From Naegleria gruberi (Eukaryota): a stretch of 64,000 nucleotides of DNA. The notes under the pieces are model-generated. The model saw nothing but the letters and a program-made list of their open reading frames with translations, made no database searches and was not told the origin of the DNA. Every line of letters begins with the position of its first letter. Position 1 is the first letter of the stretch. Positions 35,033 to 45,300 of this stretch are shown here, in pieces. The position numbers and the translations under genes are program-made. The DNA lies in assembly GCA_000004985.1 (NCBI GenBank), contig GG738885.1; one strand, given 5' to 3'.

Positions 35033-35600
35033 TTTTTAAAAGGTAATAGAGCAAGTTCATCTTGTTAATATTAAGAAATGTTCTTGTCATTGGTAATTAT
35101 TCTTGTTGATGATGAATGATAGAGCCAATACTCTAACCATGGCAATGACTATGAAGATGACAAAAACATGATGAATATCACAGTATTTTTTGAAGTATTT
35201 TTTATTCTTATTCTCCGTCATGCTCTACATCAATGTTGAACAAGCTAGACATTATCACATCACATGCCGCAGAAGACAATTCAGACAAACCTTCTTTCCT
35301 CCCTCCTCTGTGCTCTGTGCTTCCTCAACCTCTGAATGTACTCTTCACAAGCAAATGCTTATTGTGTGAGGTACAATATTCATCTCTCCAACTCTGTTCA
35401 CTACCACACTCTCAAAAATGCCAATTCTCTTCAATATTTTCGCTGCTCTCCAGCTTGTAACCAGAGCGCAATTCATCAACAAATTCTTTGAAAAAAAATA
35501 AGCTATTCTAAAACCAATCACCGGCTCGATTTTTTTTTCATCATCACACGAATTTATTAAATAATAATCGTAGCCAACAAATAGTTGATAGTTATTTAGG

Positions 35601-37340
35601 ATGCCATCATATATTTTGTTTGAAAGTGCTTTGGGCTTTGCCATCTTTGAAAAGAAGAAGGTCGATGAAGTCGCCTACTCTAAAATTGAAAAACAAGTTG
35701 GAGAATATAGTCGCTTCAAGGATATGGTCAAATTCATTGCTTTCCAACCATTCGATACACCAGAACACGGTTTGGAAAACATGAACGCCATCTCTGAAGG
35801 TATTTTGACAGAGTTTTTACAAAACTTCTTGGAAGCTAATTTGAAAGCTAAGAATGACACCCAACTTGGTGTTTTGGAAAACAAATTGGGAGGTGCTATT
35901 CAAGAACACTTTGAAAAGAAGATTACCTGTTTCACTGATGATTCCGTATTGGGATTGTGCCGTGGTATTCGTATGCATATTCATAAATTCATTGATAACT
36001 TGAAGAAGGGTGATTTGGAAAAGGCTCAATTAGGTTTAGGTCACGCTTACAGTAGAGCTAAGGTGAAATTCAACGTTAACAAGTCCGATAACAACATTAT
36101 ACAATCTATTTCTATGCTCGATCAATTAGATAAGGATTTGAATACATTCACCATGAGATTGAAGGAATGGTACGGATGGCATTTCCCAGAACTTGTTAAG
36201 ATTGTAAAGAAGAATGATGCCTATGCTAAATGTGCACTTGCCATCAAGACTCGTTCCAGTCTTTCCAAGGATAGTGAAAAGTATGATGAATTGGTTCACC
36301 AACTTAATGATATAACAAAGGATGAAGAAGTCACTGAACAAGTTGTCAGAGCTGCTCGTTCTTCTATGGGTCAAGATGCTTCCGAATTCGACATGATGAA
36401 TATGGAATTGTTTGCCAAGAAGGTTGTCGATTTAACTGAATACAGAGCTCAATTGTTCGAATATTTGGAAACCAAGATGCACGACGTTGCTCCAAACTTG
36501 ACTTGTATTTTGGGTGAATCTGTTGGTGCTCGTTTGATTTCTAAGGCTGGTAGCTTGATGAACTTGTGTAAATGTCCTGCTTCAACTGTCCAAATTTTGG
36601 GTGCTGAAAAGGCTTTGTTTAGAGCTTTGAAGACCAGAGGTAAGACACCAAAGTATGGTTTGCTCTATCACTCTAGCTTTGTCTCAAAGGCTTCTAAGCA
36701 AAATAAGGGTAAGATTGCTAGATACTTGTCAAACAAGTGTGCTATGGCTGCTCGTATTGATGCTTTCCAAGATTTCCCAACTTCTAAATTCGGTGAATTG
36801 TTGAGAGATCAAATTGCTGAAAGATTAGAATTCTACGAAAAGAAGGCTTCATCTGGTAATGCTAAGATCACTGTCAAGCTCAAGAAGAATATTGAATTGA
36901 TGAGAGATGCTATCAAGCATGCCAAGAAGGACGAAAAGGAAGCTCCAAAGAAGGAAAAGAAGCCAGCTGAAAAGAGAAAGAGAGATGCTGTCGAAACTCC
37001 TGTTGAAGAAGAAAAGAAATCCAAGAAGGAAAAGAAGGACAAGAAGAAGGACAAGAAGGATAAGAAAGAAAAGAAGTCCAAGAAGGAAGAAGAAGTCATG
37101 GAAGATGAAAAGCCAGCCGAAGAAGAAAAGAAGTCCAAGAAGGAAAAGAAGGATAAGAAGAAGTCCAAGAAGGAAGAAGAAGTAGAAGAACCTGTTGCTG
37201 AAGAATCCAAGAAGGATAAGAAGAAGAAGGACAAGAAGGAAAAGAAGGAAAAGAAGGAAGAATCGGTAAAGGAAGAAAAAGAAGAAAAGAAAGAAAAGAA
37301 GGAAAAGAAAGATAAGAAAAAAGATAAGAAAAAGCATTAA
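35601..37340 (+). CDS. NOP56: nucleolar protein NOP56 (box C/D snoRNP core protein) with K/E/D-rich tail
   Basis: NOSIC/Nop domain blocks are seen: AQLGLGHAYSRAKVKFNVNKSDNNIIQSISMLDQLDKDLNTFTMRLKEWYGWHFPEL and GARLISKAGSLMNLCKCPASTVQILGAEKALFRALKTRGKTPKYGLLYHS. The KKEKKDKK tail is present. These blocks are closer to NOP56 than to NOP58. Confidence 0.9.
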   Translation: MPSYILFESALGFAIFEKKKVDEVAYSKIEKQVGEYSRFKDMVKFIAFQPFDTPEHGLENMNAISEGILTEFLQNFLEANLKAKNDTQLGVLENKLGGAIQEHFEKKITCFTDDSVLGLCRGIRMHIHKFIDNLKKGDLEKAQLGLGHAYSRAKVKFNVNKSDNNIIQSISMLDQLDKDLNTFTMRLKEWYGWHFPELVKIVKKNDAYAKCALAIKTRSSLSKDSEKYDELVHQLNDITKDEEVTEQVVRAARSSMGQDASEFDMMNMELFAKKVVDLTEYRAQLFEYLETKMHDVAPNLTCILGESVGARLISKAGSLMNLCKCPASTVQILGAEKALFRALKTRGKTPKYGLLYHSSFVSKASKQNKGKIARYLSNKCAMAARIDAFQDFPTSKFGELLRDQIAERLEFYEKKASSGNAKITVKLKKNIELMRDAIKHAKKDEKEAPKKEKKPAEKRKRDAVETPVEEEKKSKKEKKDKKKDKKDKKEKKSKKEEEVMEDEKPAEEEKKSKKEKKDKKKSKKEEEVEEPVAEESKKDKKKKDKKEKKEKKEESVKEEKEEKKEKKEKKDKKKDKKKH

Positions 37341-37485
37341 TTCTACCCAAAACTCAAAAACCCTATAAATATATATTTCTAAATTATTAGTTGGCCAATC
37401 TTTATTTGTATTATTTCCTCTTTTGGTAGATAAACACATATAATGTTTGAGTTTCAACCTTGTTATCAAAATCAAAGCAGAACAA

Positions 37486-37860
37486 AATGAAAAAACTAAC
37501 AAAGAGCATCTTTGCAAACAATAAGAAACTATTCTCGAATCAAATTAGATTCGTTAGAGTAAGTAACACATTTGTGCTAGCTTTCCTAACATTCAACAAC
37601 AACCAAATTAGACTGAATTGGTTACAGAGAATGCAGAGAGGTATGAGAAGGAGGTACAGAAAACACTCAAAGGAGATGTTGCCAAAACCTTTGCAGATTT
37701 TGATGGATGGAATGAAACTGTAGGGTCATCGAGTGAGGCAATCATAAAGGCCGAACGTTCTGAGCAAGTGAAGAATGCACCAATTGAAGAACTTCAAAAG
37801 CAAACCATTGAAATCCTTCATGAAAGAGAGGAAAAGAAACAATTTCCATTTGATCAATAA
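37486..37860 (+). CDS. small conserved-looking protein (about 100 aa), 2 exons, basic amphipathic N-terminus (possible mitochondrial presequence)
   Basis: Exon 1 is 37486..37558 (MKKLTKSIFANNKKLFSNQIRFVR), followed by a GTAAGT intron. The acceptor is at 37628-29. Exon 2 is 37630..37860 (NAERYEKEVQKTLKGDVAKTFADFDGWNETVGSSSEAIIKAERSEQ...). An alternative acceptor 2 nt upstream would give a short R-rich product instead. Confidence 0.4.
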
Positions 37861-37966
37861 CAAGTTATAATCAATAAATAACCGTGATAATTTGGAATTC
37901 GAATTGGCTTAAATGATCATGTGGCTTTTATTCTCTTTTATTCTCTTTTTATATCAATTATTAATT

Positions 37967-40900
37967 TCAATAAAAAGCACAGACAAGAGCAACCAACATC
38001 AAGATCAAACATTGTAAACCACTTCTTGAATTGAGTGAGTGAGCTGATGATACAGCACGTGCATTGTCACTCGATACAATAAAATTGGAAATTACAAAAC
38101 CTTCAGCTTGATCCAATTCATCTTGTAATGATCTTTTTGAAACTGAAGCCAAACCAATATTTGTCTGAACGAAACAAGATCTTGCTTGTGCACTTGATGA
38201 TGGGAAGAGAGAAGGTTCAAGGGCAAATGAAAAGGTGGAAACATAATTAGAACTTGATGGATAAATAATTGTGGAAACTTTGGAATTGGCAATATTATTG
38301 GAAATTATTGAATGTTGGACATCCATTGAGGAAGAATTGAATTTGGAGCATCCAAATTGACCAAGTGATGGATTATAAATCAATGAGAATATTGTCTCTT
38401 TGAAACAGCAGAAATAGGCATCAGTGACAGCTAGACGTGAGCTAGAACTTGTAAAGGTTGATGATTGTACATTGGAAAACACTCTGTCACCTGTTTTGAA
38501 GGTTGTTTTTGGAGACCAATCATTTCCTGCCAAGTACATTGATCCCTGTATTGTGATATTCTTTTCAGTTGGTGGGGTAACAATGGTATATTCGATTTGG
38601 ATTGGGAAATATATAGTTGTAATGTCTGTAACACCCTTTCTAGTGAATGTTCCAGTGAAATAGGTAAGAGCTCTATAATCATTGGATGTAGTAAGGGATT
38701 CGAATTGAATTTGATAGAAATTCGAATCACCATTTTGGAATAAAAAAGTAGATTCAGTAACTTGCATGGAATAAGCAGCTGTAGTATTGAAGAAAGTAAA
38801 CGAATTCAATGTCAAATTAGTTGCTTTCAATACAACTGAAATAGAGAGCTTTCCACTAGATGTAGTTGTTACCTCTTGTGGATAAACATTAGTTGCATAG
38901 CCATAGATTGGATTATACTGAGAGAATGATCCAATTACTGTTCCAGATTGAATGTAAACTAATTGATAAGTTTTGAATTCGTATGATCTACAGAATCCAC
39001 CATTTTGAGAACCATCTCTATCAAGGTAATTCATGGAAATAGGAAGCTTAAGAACCAACATATTTGAAGAGTATTGCTTAATCACGAGAGGATTTGAGAT
39101 TAAATCATCAATTGTGAATTCTGGAGTTGAGTAAATGGCTTGACATTTAGATTTACCAATCAAATTCAAGGCGATACTTTGATTTCCATTCACTGAACAA
39201 TTCTTGAACTTGGATTCACCAACAAAGAATAAATGTTCGTAAGGAACAGCATCAAGTTTGTACGAAACTGTAAATGAAATGGCCTTTCCAACAATGCTCG
39301 ATGAAATAATTGGACTTGGAGCACCAAATGCTTGAACATTAGTCCACAAACATTCAGAACCTACTACTGGAATACTACAATTCAATCCAGTAAATCCAGC
39401 ATTGCATGTACAATTATTACTTCCAGAGCAGTAACCTCTTCCCAAAGCAAAGGAGCAATTATTCAATGAAACATCATCACATGAGAAGGAGGAGCAATTG
39501 GTTGCTGATTTCCATCCAGAGCTGCAGTTACACTTGTTTGGAGCAAAACAATCACCATGTCCAGAGCAAACTGTTTGATTTGTACTGATCTTACCATCAC
39601 AAATAGGGAGATTACAATTGACACCACCATATCCAGTACTGCACACACAAGTGTATGGAGCTACACAAGATCCATGTCCAGAGCAAACTGTTGGATCTGT
39701 ACTGAGTTTACCATTACAAACTGGGATATTACATTGAACACCTGCATAACCGTTCAAACACCAACATGCACCAGGAGCAATACAAGCTCCATGTCCAGAA
39801 CAAACAGCACTTGCATTATTACTGAGCTTTCCATAACAAATAGGAAGACTACAATTGATACCACCATATCCAGTACTGCACACACAAGTGTATGGAGCGA
39901 CACAAGATCCATGTCCAGAGCAAACTGTTGGATCTGTACTGAGTTTACCATCGCAAACAGGCAGATTACATTCAGAACCTGCATAACCATTCTGGCAATA
40001 ACATGAATCTGGAGCCAGACAAATACCCCTTCCAGAACAAACACTTGCATTATTACTGAGTTTACCATAACAAATTGGAGTTTCACATTTAGAACCAGCA
40101 TATCCAGCATTACATGAACAAGTATCTGCTGCAACACATTGTCCATTTCCATTACAAACACTTGAATCATTTTGGAATTTACCATAACAGGAAGCTATTT
40201 CACATGAAGAACCATGGTAACCTGGTTTGCATGTGCAAATATTATTGGAAAGACAAGCACCTCTGGATGGTCCACCACAAGCATTACTCCCACTTTGACC
40301 AAAACAGGTAAAAGCAGAAGCACATTCACTTCCATAATATCCATCCTGACATTGACACTTATTATACGAAACACATGTACCCTTCGAACTGCATGCAGCA
40401 CTTCCAACCTTCAAGTAGCACATTGGCTTATCACAATTAGCACCACCATACATTACTGCACTTTCGGCCAATGGGAATACCAATTGTTGCCAACAAATTT
40501 TCCCCACTGAATCATAAACCATAAAATTTCTATCTGGTCTAACCACCAATCTGAAAGGACTAACACCTCCACTGCAACCAGAAGAGAATGTAAGATAATT
40601 CGAATTTCCATTATTTAGATTAAATGCTCCATTACTATTATCCAATTTAATGTAATAATTCGAATAACCTGGATAGTAACCTTGTGCCCAATCTGCATAT
40701 CCAGCACGTTGATACAGAACGAAATTACCATCATTTTGAAGAATAAGATATTCATCATTTTGTGGGTTGTAAATTTGTACTAATTTTGGGATGGATCCAT
40801 TGATGGAGGAGTGCATGTAATTTCCAGACGAAAGGTCAAGACATTCGCAGGTATCTTGAGCTTTGCAGAGACCGTTTCCACCACATACTTGCATGTCTGT

Positions 40901-40993
40901 TGGAAGCTTACCGAAACATGTGTGGGCGTGAGATTGGTGGATCAAGCAAAGCAAGAGTAGGACGAATGAGATTCGAACAACTATTTGCATCAT
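37967..40993 (-). CDS. secreted/membrane-anchored EGF-like (tenascin/laminin-type) repeat protein, about 1008 aa
   Basis: The signal peptide is MMQIVVRISFVLLLLCLIHQSHAH. About 12 Cys-rich repeats of the form CxCxxGYxGxxCxxPxCxGKLSxxxxVCSGHGxC are present. A hydrophobic C-terminus (GLQCLILMLVALVCAFY) indicates a TM or GPI signal. Confidence 0.8.
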   Translation of the reverse strand: MMQIVVRISFVLLLLCLIHQSHAHTCFGKLPTDMQVCGGNGLCKAQDTCECLDLSSGNYMHSSINGSIPKLVQIYNPQNDEYLILQNDGNFVLYQRAGYADWAQGYYPGYSNYYIKLDNSNGAFNLNNGNSNYLTFSSGCSGGVSPFRLVVRPDRNFMVYDSVGKICWQQLVFPLAESAVMYGGANCDKPMCYLKVGSAACSSKGTCVSYNKCQCQDGYYGSECASAFTCFGQSGSNACGGPSRGACLSNNICTCKPGYHGSSCEIASCYGKFQNDSSVCNGNGQCVAADTCSCNAGYAGSKCETPICYGKLSNNASVCSGRGICLAPDSCYCQNGYAGSECNLPVCDGKLSTDPTVCSGHGSCVAPYTCVCSTGYGGINCSLPICYGKLSNNASAVCSGHGACIAPGACWCLNGYAGVQCNIPVCNGKLSTDPTVCSGHGSCVAPYTCVCSTGYGGVNCNLPICDGKISTNQTVCSGHGDCFAPNKCNCSSGWKSATNCSSFSCDDVSLNNCSFALGRGYCSGSNNCTCNAGFTGLNCSIPVVGSECLWTNVQAFGAPSPIISSSIVGKAISFTVSYKLDAVPYEHLFFVGESKFKNCSVNGNQSIALNLIGKSKCQAIYSTPEFTIDDLISNPLVIKQYSSNMLVLKLPISMNYLDRDGSQNGGFCRSYEFKTYQLVYIQSGTVIGSFSQYNPIYGYATNVYPQEVTTTSSGKLSISVVLKATNLTLNSFTFFNTTAAYSMQVTESTFLFQNGDSNFYQIQFESLTTSNDYRALTYFTGTFTRKGVTDITTIYFPIQIEYTIVTPPTEKNITIQGSMYLAGNDWSPKTTFKTGDRVFSNVQSSTFTSSSSRLAVTDAYFCCFKETIFSLIYNPSLGQFGCSKFNSSSMDVQHSIISNNIANSKVSTIIYPSSSNYVSTFSFALEPSLFPSSSAQARSCFVQTNIGLASVSKRSLQDELDQAEGFVISNFIVSSDNARAVSSAHSLNSRSGLQCLILMLVALVCAFY
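39510..39990 (-). repeat. near-perfect internal tandem duplication (2-EGF unit, about 234 nt) inside the EGF-repeat gene
   Basis: PVCDGKLSTDPTVCSGHGSCVAPYTCVCSTGYGGINCSLPICYGKLSNNASAVCSGHGACIAPGACWCLNGYAGVQCNI is followed by PVCNGKLSTDPTVCSGHGSCVAPYTCVCSTGYGGVNCNLPICDGK. Confidence 0.75.
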
Positions 40994-41286
40994 TTTTTTT
41001 CTGATGTTTAACTTGTGAAGTGCAACACTAATACGCTCGTGACAGTTGGCAGTCTCATTCCATGGTTAATTGTTGGGTTCTTTTCTATTGAATGAGAAAC
41101 TTCAAAATTGACCATAATTCCATTTTGGGAACTTATAACTTTAAGAAGATTTTATCATTGTAAAAACTGTTTCTTGTCTTTTTTGTCACTTATTACAAAC
41201 CACAAACTTCAAACTTGGTATGTAATAAAATTGTAAAACATTTAAACTTGAGATTTAAATATATTTAAATAATAATTACAAAAAAA

Positions 41287-42201
41287 ATGTTTACACATCA
41301 AGCAGATGAGGAAGATTATTGTGTGGTGGAATTAATTGATTTCTTGAGAGGGAGAAATGAACATTCTCCACTGATCGGAATGTTGAAACAAAAACTCAGA
41401 TCACCCAAGCGAATAGCCTTCTCCAACAAATTTGAAGAATTTAAATGTATTAATTGTACATGTGATGTGTATGATGTGAGGATTTCCCGAGCCTGTTCAG
41501 TGATTGTTGCCGTTACAGGTGAATATTTTTTATTTATTGATTATGAAACTTTGGAACCTAAGGGAAGGGTAGCAACGGAATCTTTTTATTTTGAATTGGA
41601 GGAGGATTATGATCAATGTGGGAATGATGCCTTGTTGCTTTTTTATGATAAGGAAATTTCAAAGTATGATTTGAAACAATTTATTGAAGAGAAGGGTTGT
41701 AAACCACTTTGGACCTACTCGAATGAGATTGGATATGATACGAGTGAGCCGATTAATGTGATGGTTTTGGATGGGAAGAAGGCTGTGGTTTTTAATAGTC
41801 AGAATAGTATGGGATTTCTTGATGCAAAGAATGGAACACTATTGGATTACACTATTAAATTGGAGGGTGCTATATCTGGATGCTTTGAAGCTGATCGTAA
41901 GAAACCAAATACCCTCTACATATTCTTGAAGGAAATGATAAAGTTTGAATATGAGAATGGGGATTGGAAACGTACCTCATTTTCTGTTAATATAAGGAGT
42001 GTTGATGGGTTGTGCATGGATAGAGAATCTGGTGTTCTTTATTTCAGTGGATATTGTGATGGTAAATGTTACATTTCTGCATATACAACATCAGGAGATC
42101 TTATTGCAATGCATTCTGTCAACTGTGCTGGGATATGTATTGACGAGAGAACAGGATTAATGTATTTAGCAGATGGAAACAAGATTTCAATTTTGAGATA
42201 A
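41287..42201 (+). CDS. hypothetical protein (beta-propeller/NHL-like)
   Basis: 304-aa ORF with an ATG start. It is weakly similar to 32305..33261 at the C-terminus. Confidence 0.4.
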   Translation: MFTHQADEEDYCVVELIDFLRGRNEHSPLIGMLKQKLRSPKRIAFSNKFEEFKCINCTCDVYDVRISRACSVIVAVTGEYFLFIDYETLEPKGRVATESFYFELEEDYDQCGNDALLLFYDKEISKYDLKQFIEEKGCKPLWTYSNEIGYDTSEPINVMVLDGKKAVVFNSQNSMGFLDAKNGTLLDYTIKLEGAISGCFEADRKKPNTLYIFLKEMIKFEYENGDWKRTSFSVNIRSVDGLCMDRESGVLYFSGYCDGKCYISAYTTSGDLIAMHSVNCAGICIDERTGLMYLADGNKISILR

Positions 42202-42324
42202 TTATTACTGGAACTTTTCATGACAATTATTATCTCTGTGGGAAAACACAATAAAATTTGGTTGTTACCACTGTTGAAATAAATTGTAAAACGCATTGAA
42301 ATTACATATTTTAATAAAATGGAT

Positions 42325-42445
42325 GGCTACGGCCATATCACGATGAATGCACCTCATCCCGTCCGATTTGAGAAGTTAAGCATCGTCGAGCCACATCAGT
42401 ACTGAGGTTGGAGACAACTTGGGAACCTGTGGTGCTGTAGTCTTT
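42325..42445 (+). rRNA. 5S ribosomal RNA, copy 2
   Basis: Same 118-nt body as copy 1 with 2 internal substitutions (GATGAATGC versus GATTCATGC). A T5 run follows. The flanks are unrelated to those of copy 1. Confidence 0.9.
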
Positions 42446-42447
42446 TT
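42443..42447 (+). terminator. Pol III T-run terminator after 5S copy 2
   Basis: TTTTT at the 3' end. Confidence 0.5.
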
Positions 42448-42641
42448 GCTTTTGCCCAATTATAGTTTCTTTATTACTTGTCTTTAAGAAATAGAAATGA
42501 GTGGTAAGACGAATTGTTAAAGTTTCTCAGAGTGTAATTTTCCTTTCTCTTCCAAAAACACACAATTTTGAGCTAATTCGTTTAAACTGTTGTACCCACC
42601 ACCTTCACATAACGCGTTGATAGTCCAGTTGACAGAAAAAA

Positions 42642-44741
42642 ATGCGGCCACAAGTTACTGATGACAATTACTTTTCAGATGTTTACCTTGTAACGAGAGA
42701 AGGTGATCAGGATCAACATAATGATGAAATAATTCACAATTTATTTAAAAGTTTATTAAAATTGATGAAGAAAATATCTCACTCCCGATCTCTGCATCTC
42801 ACCAATGAAAATGTACAATATTTAAGAATGGCAGTTAGAGTAAAGAGAAGAAGTGCTTCGGAATTGTCTAAACTGGAATCAAAATATGAAAATGATCGGT
42901 TATTTGCTTGGTTGGCTGTTCGATCGTTTGGCACAAATGCATTGAAAACTATTCGAAATGAAAAGTTTAAATGTGATAGAGAAATTATAAAGGCAGGATT
43001 GGAAAGTGATGGAAGTATTCTATTTGCATGTACAATTCCAAGAGAAGAATTGAGAGAGGATGAGGAATTGATTTTGAAGGGATTGGAAACTTGTCCCAGA
43101 GTTTTGGAGTTGGCAAATGACAGAATTAGAAATGATCGTTCTGTTGTTGAATCTGTATTGAAAAGAGATGGAATGCAATTGAAATATTGTGGAGAATCTA
43201 TCAAAAATGATAGAAATATTATTGGAATAGCTCTCAAACAAAATATTGAATCGTGTAAATTTATTCCAGCAGGAATAGTTGATGAACAATTGGTATTTAG
43301 AGTAGTGTTAATTAATGGATTGTTATTGGTCCACTTTCCTGAATTCAATTCGAATAGAAAAGTTGTAATTGCTGCTGTGAAACAAAATGGGTTGGCATTG
43401 GAATTTGCATCCAATGAATTGAGATCGGATGAGGAAATTGTCAAATTGGCAATGGAAACACAGAAAGATGCTCTTTTGTTTGCTAGCCCAACTCTATTGA
43501 TCAGGAAAGAGTTTATGGATAATCTTGTGAGTAAAATGATAGATTGGAGAGATATTTCGTTTAAAATTTCTGAAATAATTAAGAAATATTATTCGGATTA
43601 TGAGGAGTTTATGTTAAGCAGATATGAGAGAGGATATGAATACCCAACTTATTTATCTAATAGTTTAAGTATCGATAATTGGATTCGAATATTGGCAAAG
43701 AATATAAATTTATTCCGGCCTTTCTTGGAATACTATTCAAAATCTAAGGAATTAGTTAAAGATGTGAGCTTTCTATTGAAACTAGCACAAAAAATGAAAA
43801 TTGATGCAGATTTCAAAGAATCCTATTCTGATTATTTGGAATTGCAGAAAGCAATGATTCTTAAACAGCCATACCTGTTATATCACTTTGATCCTAGTTT
43901 GAAATCTGACTTACCACTCATGTTTAGGATACTTAGAGAAACTTCTCTTTATATTGACCTCAAATATTTTGACAAGTCATTATTGGAAAACAGAGAATTT
44001 TTATTAGAAGTACTTAAAAAATATTCCTATAATTGGGATATCTTAACCACATTTGATGATGAGCTGTACGAATGTGGAGTGGTCGATTCTTCATACTGTT
44101 TTGGAAAATATTTGGAAAAATATTGTAATAATAAGGAATATTTAATAAGGGCCATCAATAGGAATTCTAATTTATTTGAACTTCTTTCTCATAAGTTAGA
44201 TGAAGAGGATCGTATGCAACTAAAAAACAAGTTAAAAGAGGTCAGAGCTACGAATCATTTGACAGATAGAATTGAGAAACTTTCTGATGAAGAAAAGAAA
44301 GATAAAGAGCTAATTATTGGCCACCTCAAAATATCACCCATGTCCTTCCCATTCATAGATCCATCTTTAAAAAACGATATAGATGTGGTAATGACAGCCG
44401 TAACCAAACATGGAGGTGTTCTAAAGTTTCTCTCTCCAGAAATGAAAAAGAATAAGGAAGTTGTAATGGCTAGCAAACATCAAGGTTTTGCCTATGCAGA
44501 TAAAACACTTCAGAGAGATAGACAAGCCATTCTTAATGCGGCTCAACATTATGGAGGAATTTTAGAGCTATTAGATAAGGATTTGAGAAATGATGAGGAA
44601 ATTGTTCTTCAATGCATCAAGACAACGCCCATGTCATTAGAATTTGCAAGTGAAACTCTGAGAAATAATCCAGAAATTGTGAGAGTAGCTTACAATTTAG
44701 ATCCAAAAGTTGTGGAATTTACTGATCTTGTTTCTTTTTAA
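42642..44741 (+). CDS. DUF4116-repeat protein
   Basis: 699 aa with an ATG start. The units are reiterated (DREIIKAGLESDGSILFAC, NDRSVVESVLKRDGMQLKYCGESIKNDRNIIGIALKQN, SNRKVVIAAVKQNGLALEFASNELRSDEEIVKLAMETQKDALLFAS). It is a paralogous family to 33283..35032. Confidence 0.6.
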   Translation: MRPQVTDDNYFSDVYLVTREGDQDQHNDEIIHNLFKSLLKLMKKISHSRSLHLTNENVQYLRMAVRVKRRSASELSKLESKYENDRLFAWLAVRSFGTNALKTIRNEKFKCDREIIKAGLESDGSILFACTIPREELREDEELILKGLETCPRVLELANDRIRNDRSVVESVLKRDGMQLKYCGESIKNDRNIIGIALKQNIESCKFIPAGIVDEQLVFRVVLINGLLLVHFPEFNSNRKVVIAAVKQNGLALEFASNELRSDEEIVKLAMETQKDALLFASPTLLIRKEFMDNLVSKMIDWRDISFKISEIIKKYYSDYEEFMLSRYERGYEYPTYLSNSLSIDNWIRILAKNINLFRPFLEYYSKSKELVKDVSFLLKLAQKMKIDADFKESYSDYLELQKAMILKQPYLLYHFDPSLKSDLPLMFRILRETSLYIDLKYFDKSLLENREFLLEVLKKYSYNWDILTTFDDELYECGVVDSSYCFGKYLEKYCNNKEYLIRAINRNSNLFELLSHKLDEEDRMQLKNKLKEVRATNHLTDRIEKLSDEEKKDKELIIGHLKISPMSFPFIDPSLKNDIDVVMTAVTKHGGVLKFLSPEMKKNKEVVMASKHQGFAYADKTLQRDRQAILNAAQHYGGILELLDKDLRNDEEIVLQCIKTTPMSLEFASETLRNNPEIVRVAYNLDPKVVEFTDLVSF

Positions 44742-45300
44742 AGTGTCCAAAAGATGCAATAAAACAAGTATTATGTAATATTTAAAAAAGATAAAACTGC
44801 AGAGAACACTTCAGTCGTCGTATTTATTTGCCGTATGATTGCTACTAGATTATAAAACTCATCATCTACTCGATTAGTTTTATTGAAAAAGTTGTTTTAA
44901 CTTGTGGTTTCCAATATTTGAATTTTGTTTCCAAATTGAACTTTCATTGAGTCTATTGAAAACTGTTGAAATGGATCTTTCAATTCTTCAAGGTTTTGCT
45001 AAGTATTGAAACGCATTTTCATCCAATGAACGATAATGGTGAAATATTGAGAAATTGTACAAATTGTTTATCAAATGGAAATACAGAAATTATTAAATTC
45101 CGTAATATTGATTTTTGATTCTCTGGATTGTAATCTCAATAATTAATAAAAATCTGTAATTGAAAAAATCAAAAATTACATTTAAAAAAAATGTCTGAAA
45201 GCAATCAAGTAAATTTCCTTCCAATTTATTTTTAAGAAACTTTAATATCATCTTGTTTTAATAATATATTAAAATTATTTAATATTCTTACTATTTACTA

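Noticed and set aside
36833-37517. Four overlapping ORFs (36833..37234, 36849..37517, 36907..37185, 37096..37350) on both strands over the 3' end of NOP56
   Set aside because: They are translations of the AAG/GAA-rich KKE/D tail in alternative frames (poly-F/L/S on the antisense strand, poly-K/R in the +1 frame). They are compositional artefacts, not genes.
39557-40185. Long alternative-frame ORFs (39557..40006 on +, 39754..40185 on -) inside the EGF-repeat gene
   Set aside because: The repetitive Cys-codon-rich sequence stays open in several frames. The minus-strand frame with the signal peptide and EGF spacing is the only coherent one.
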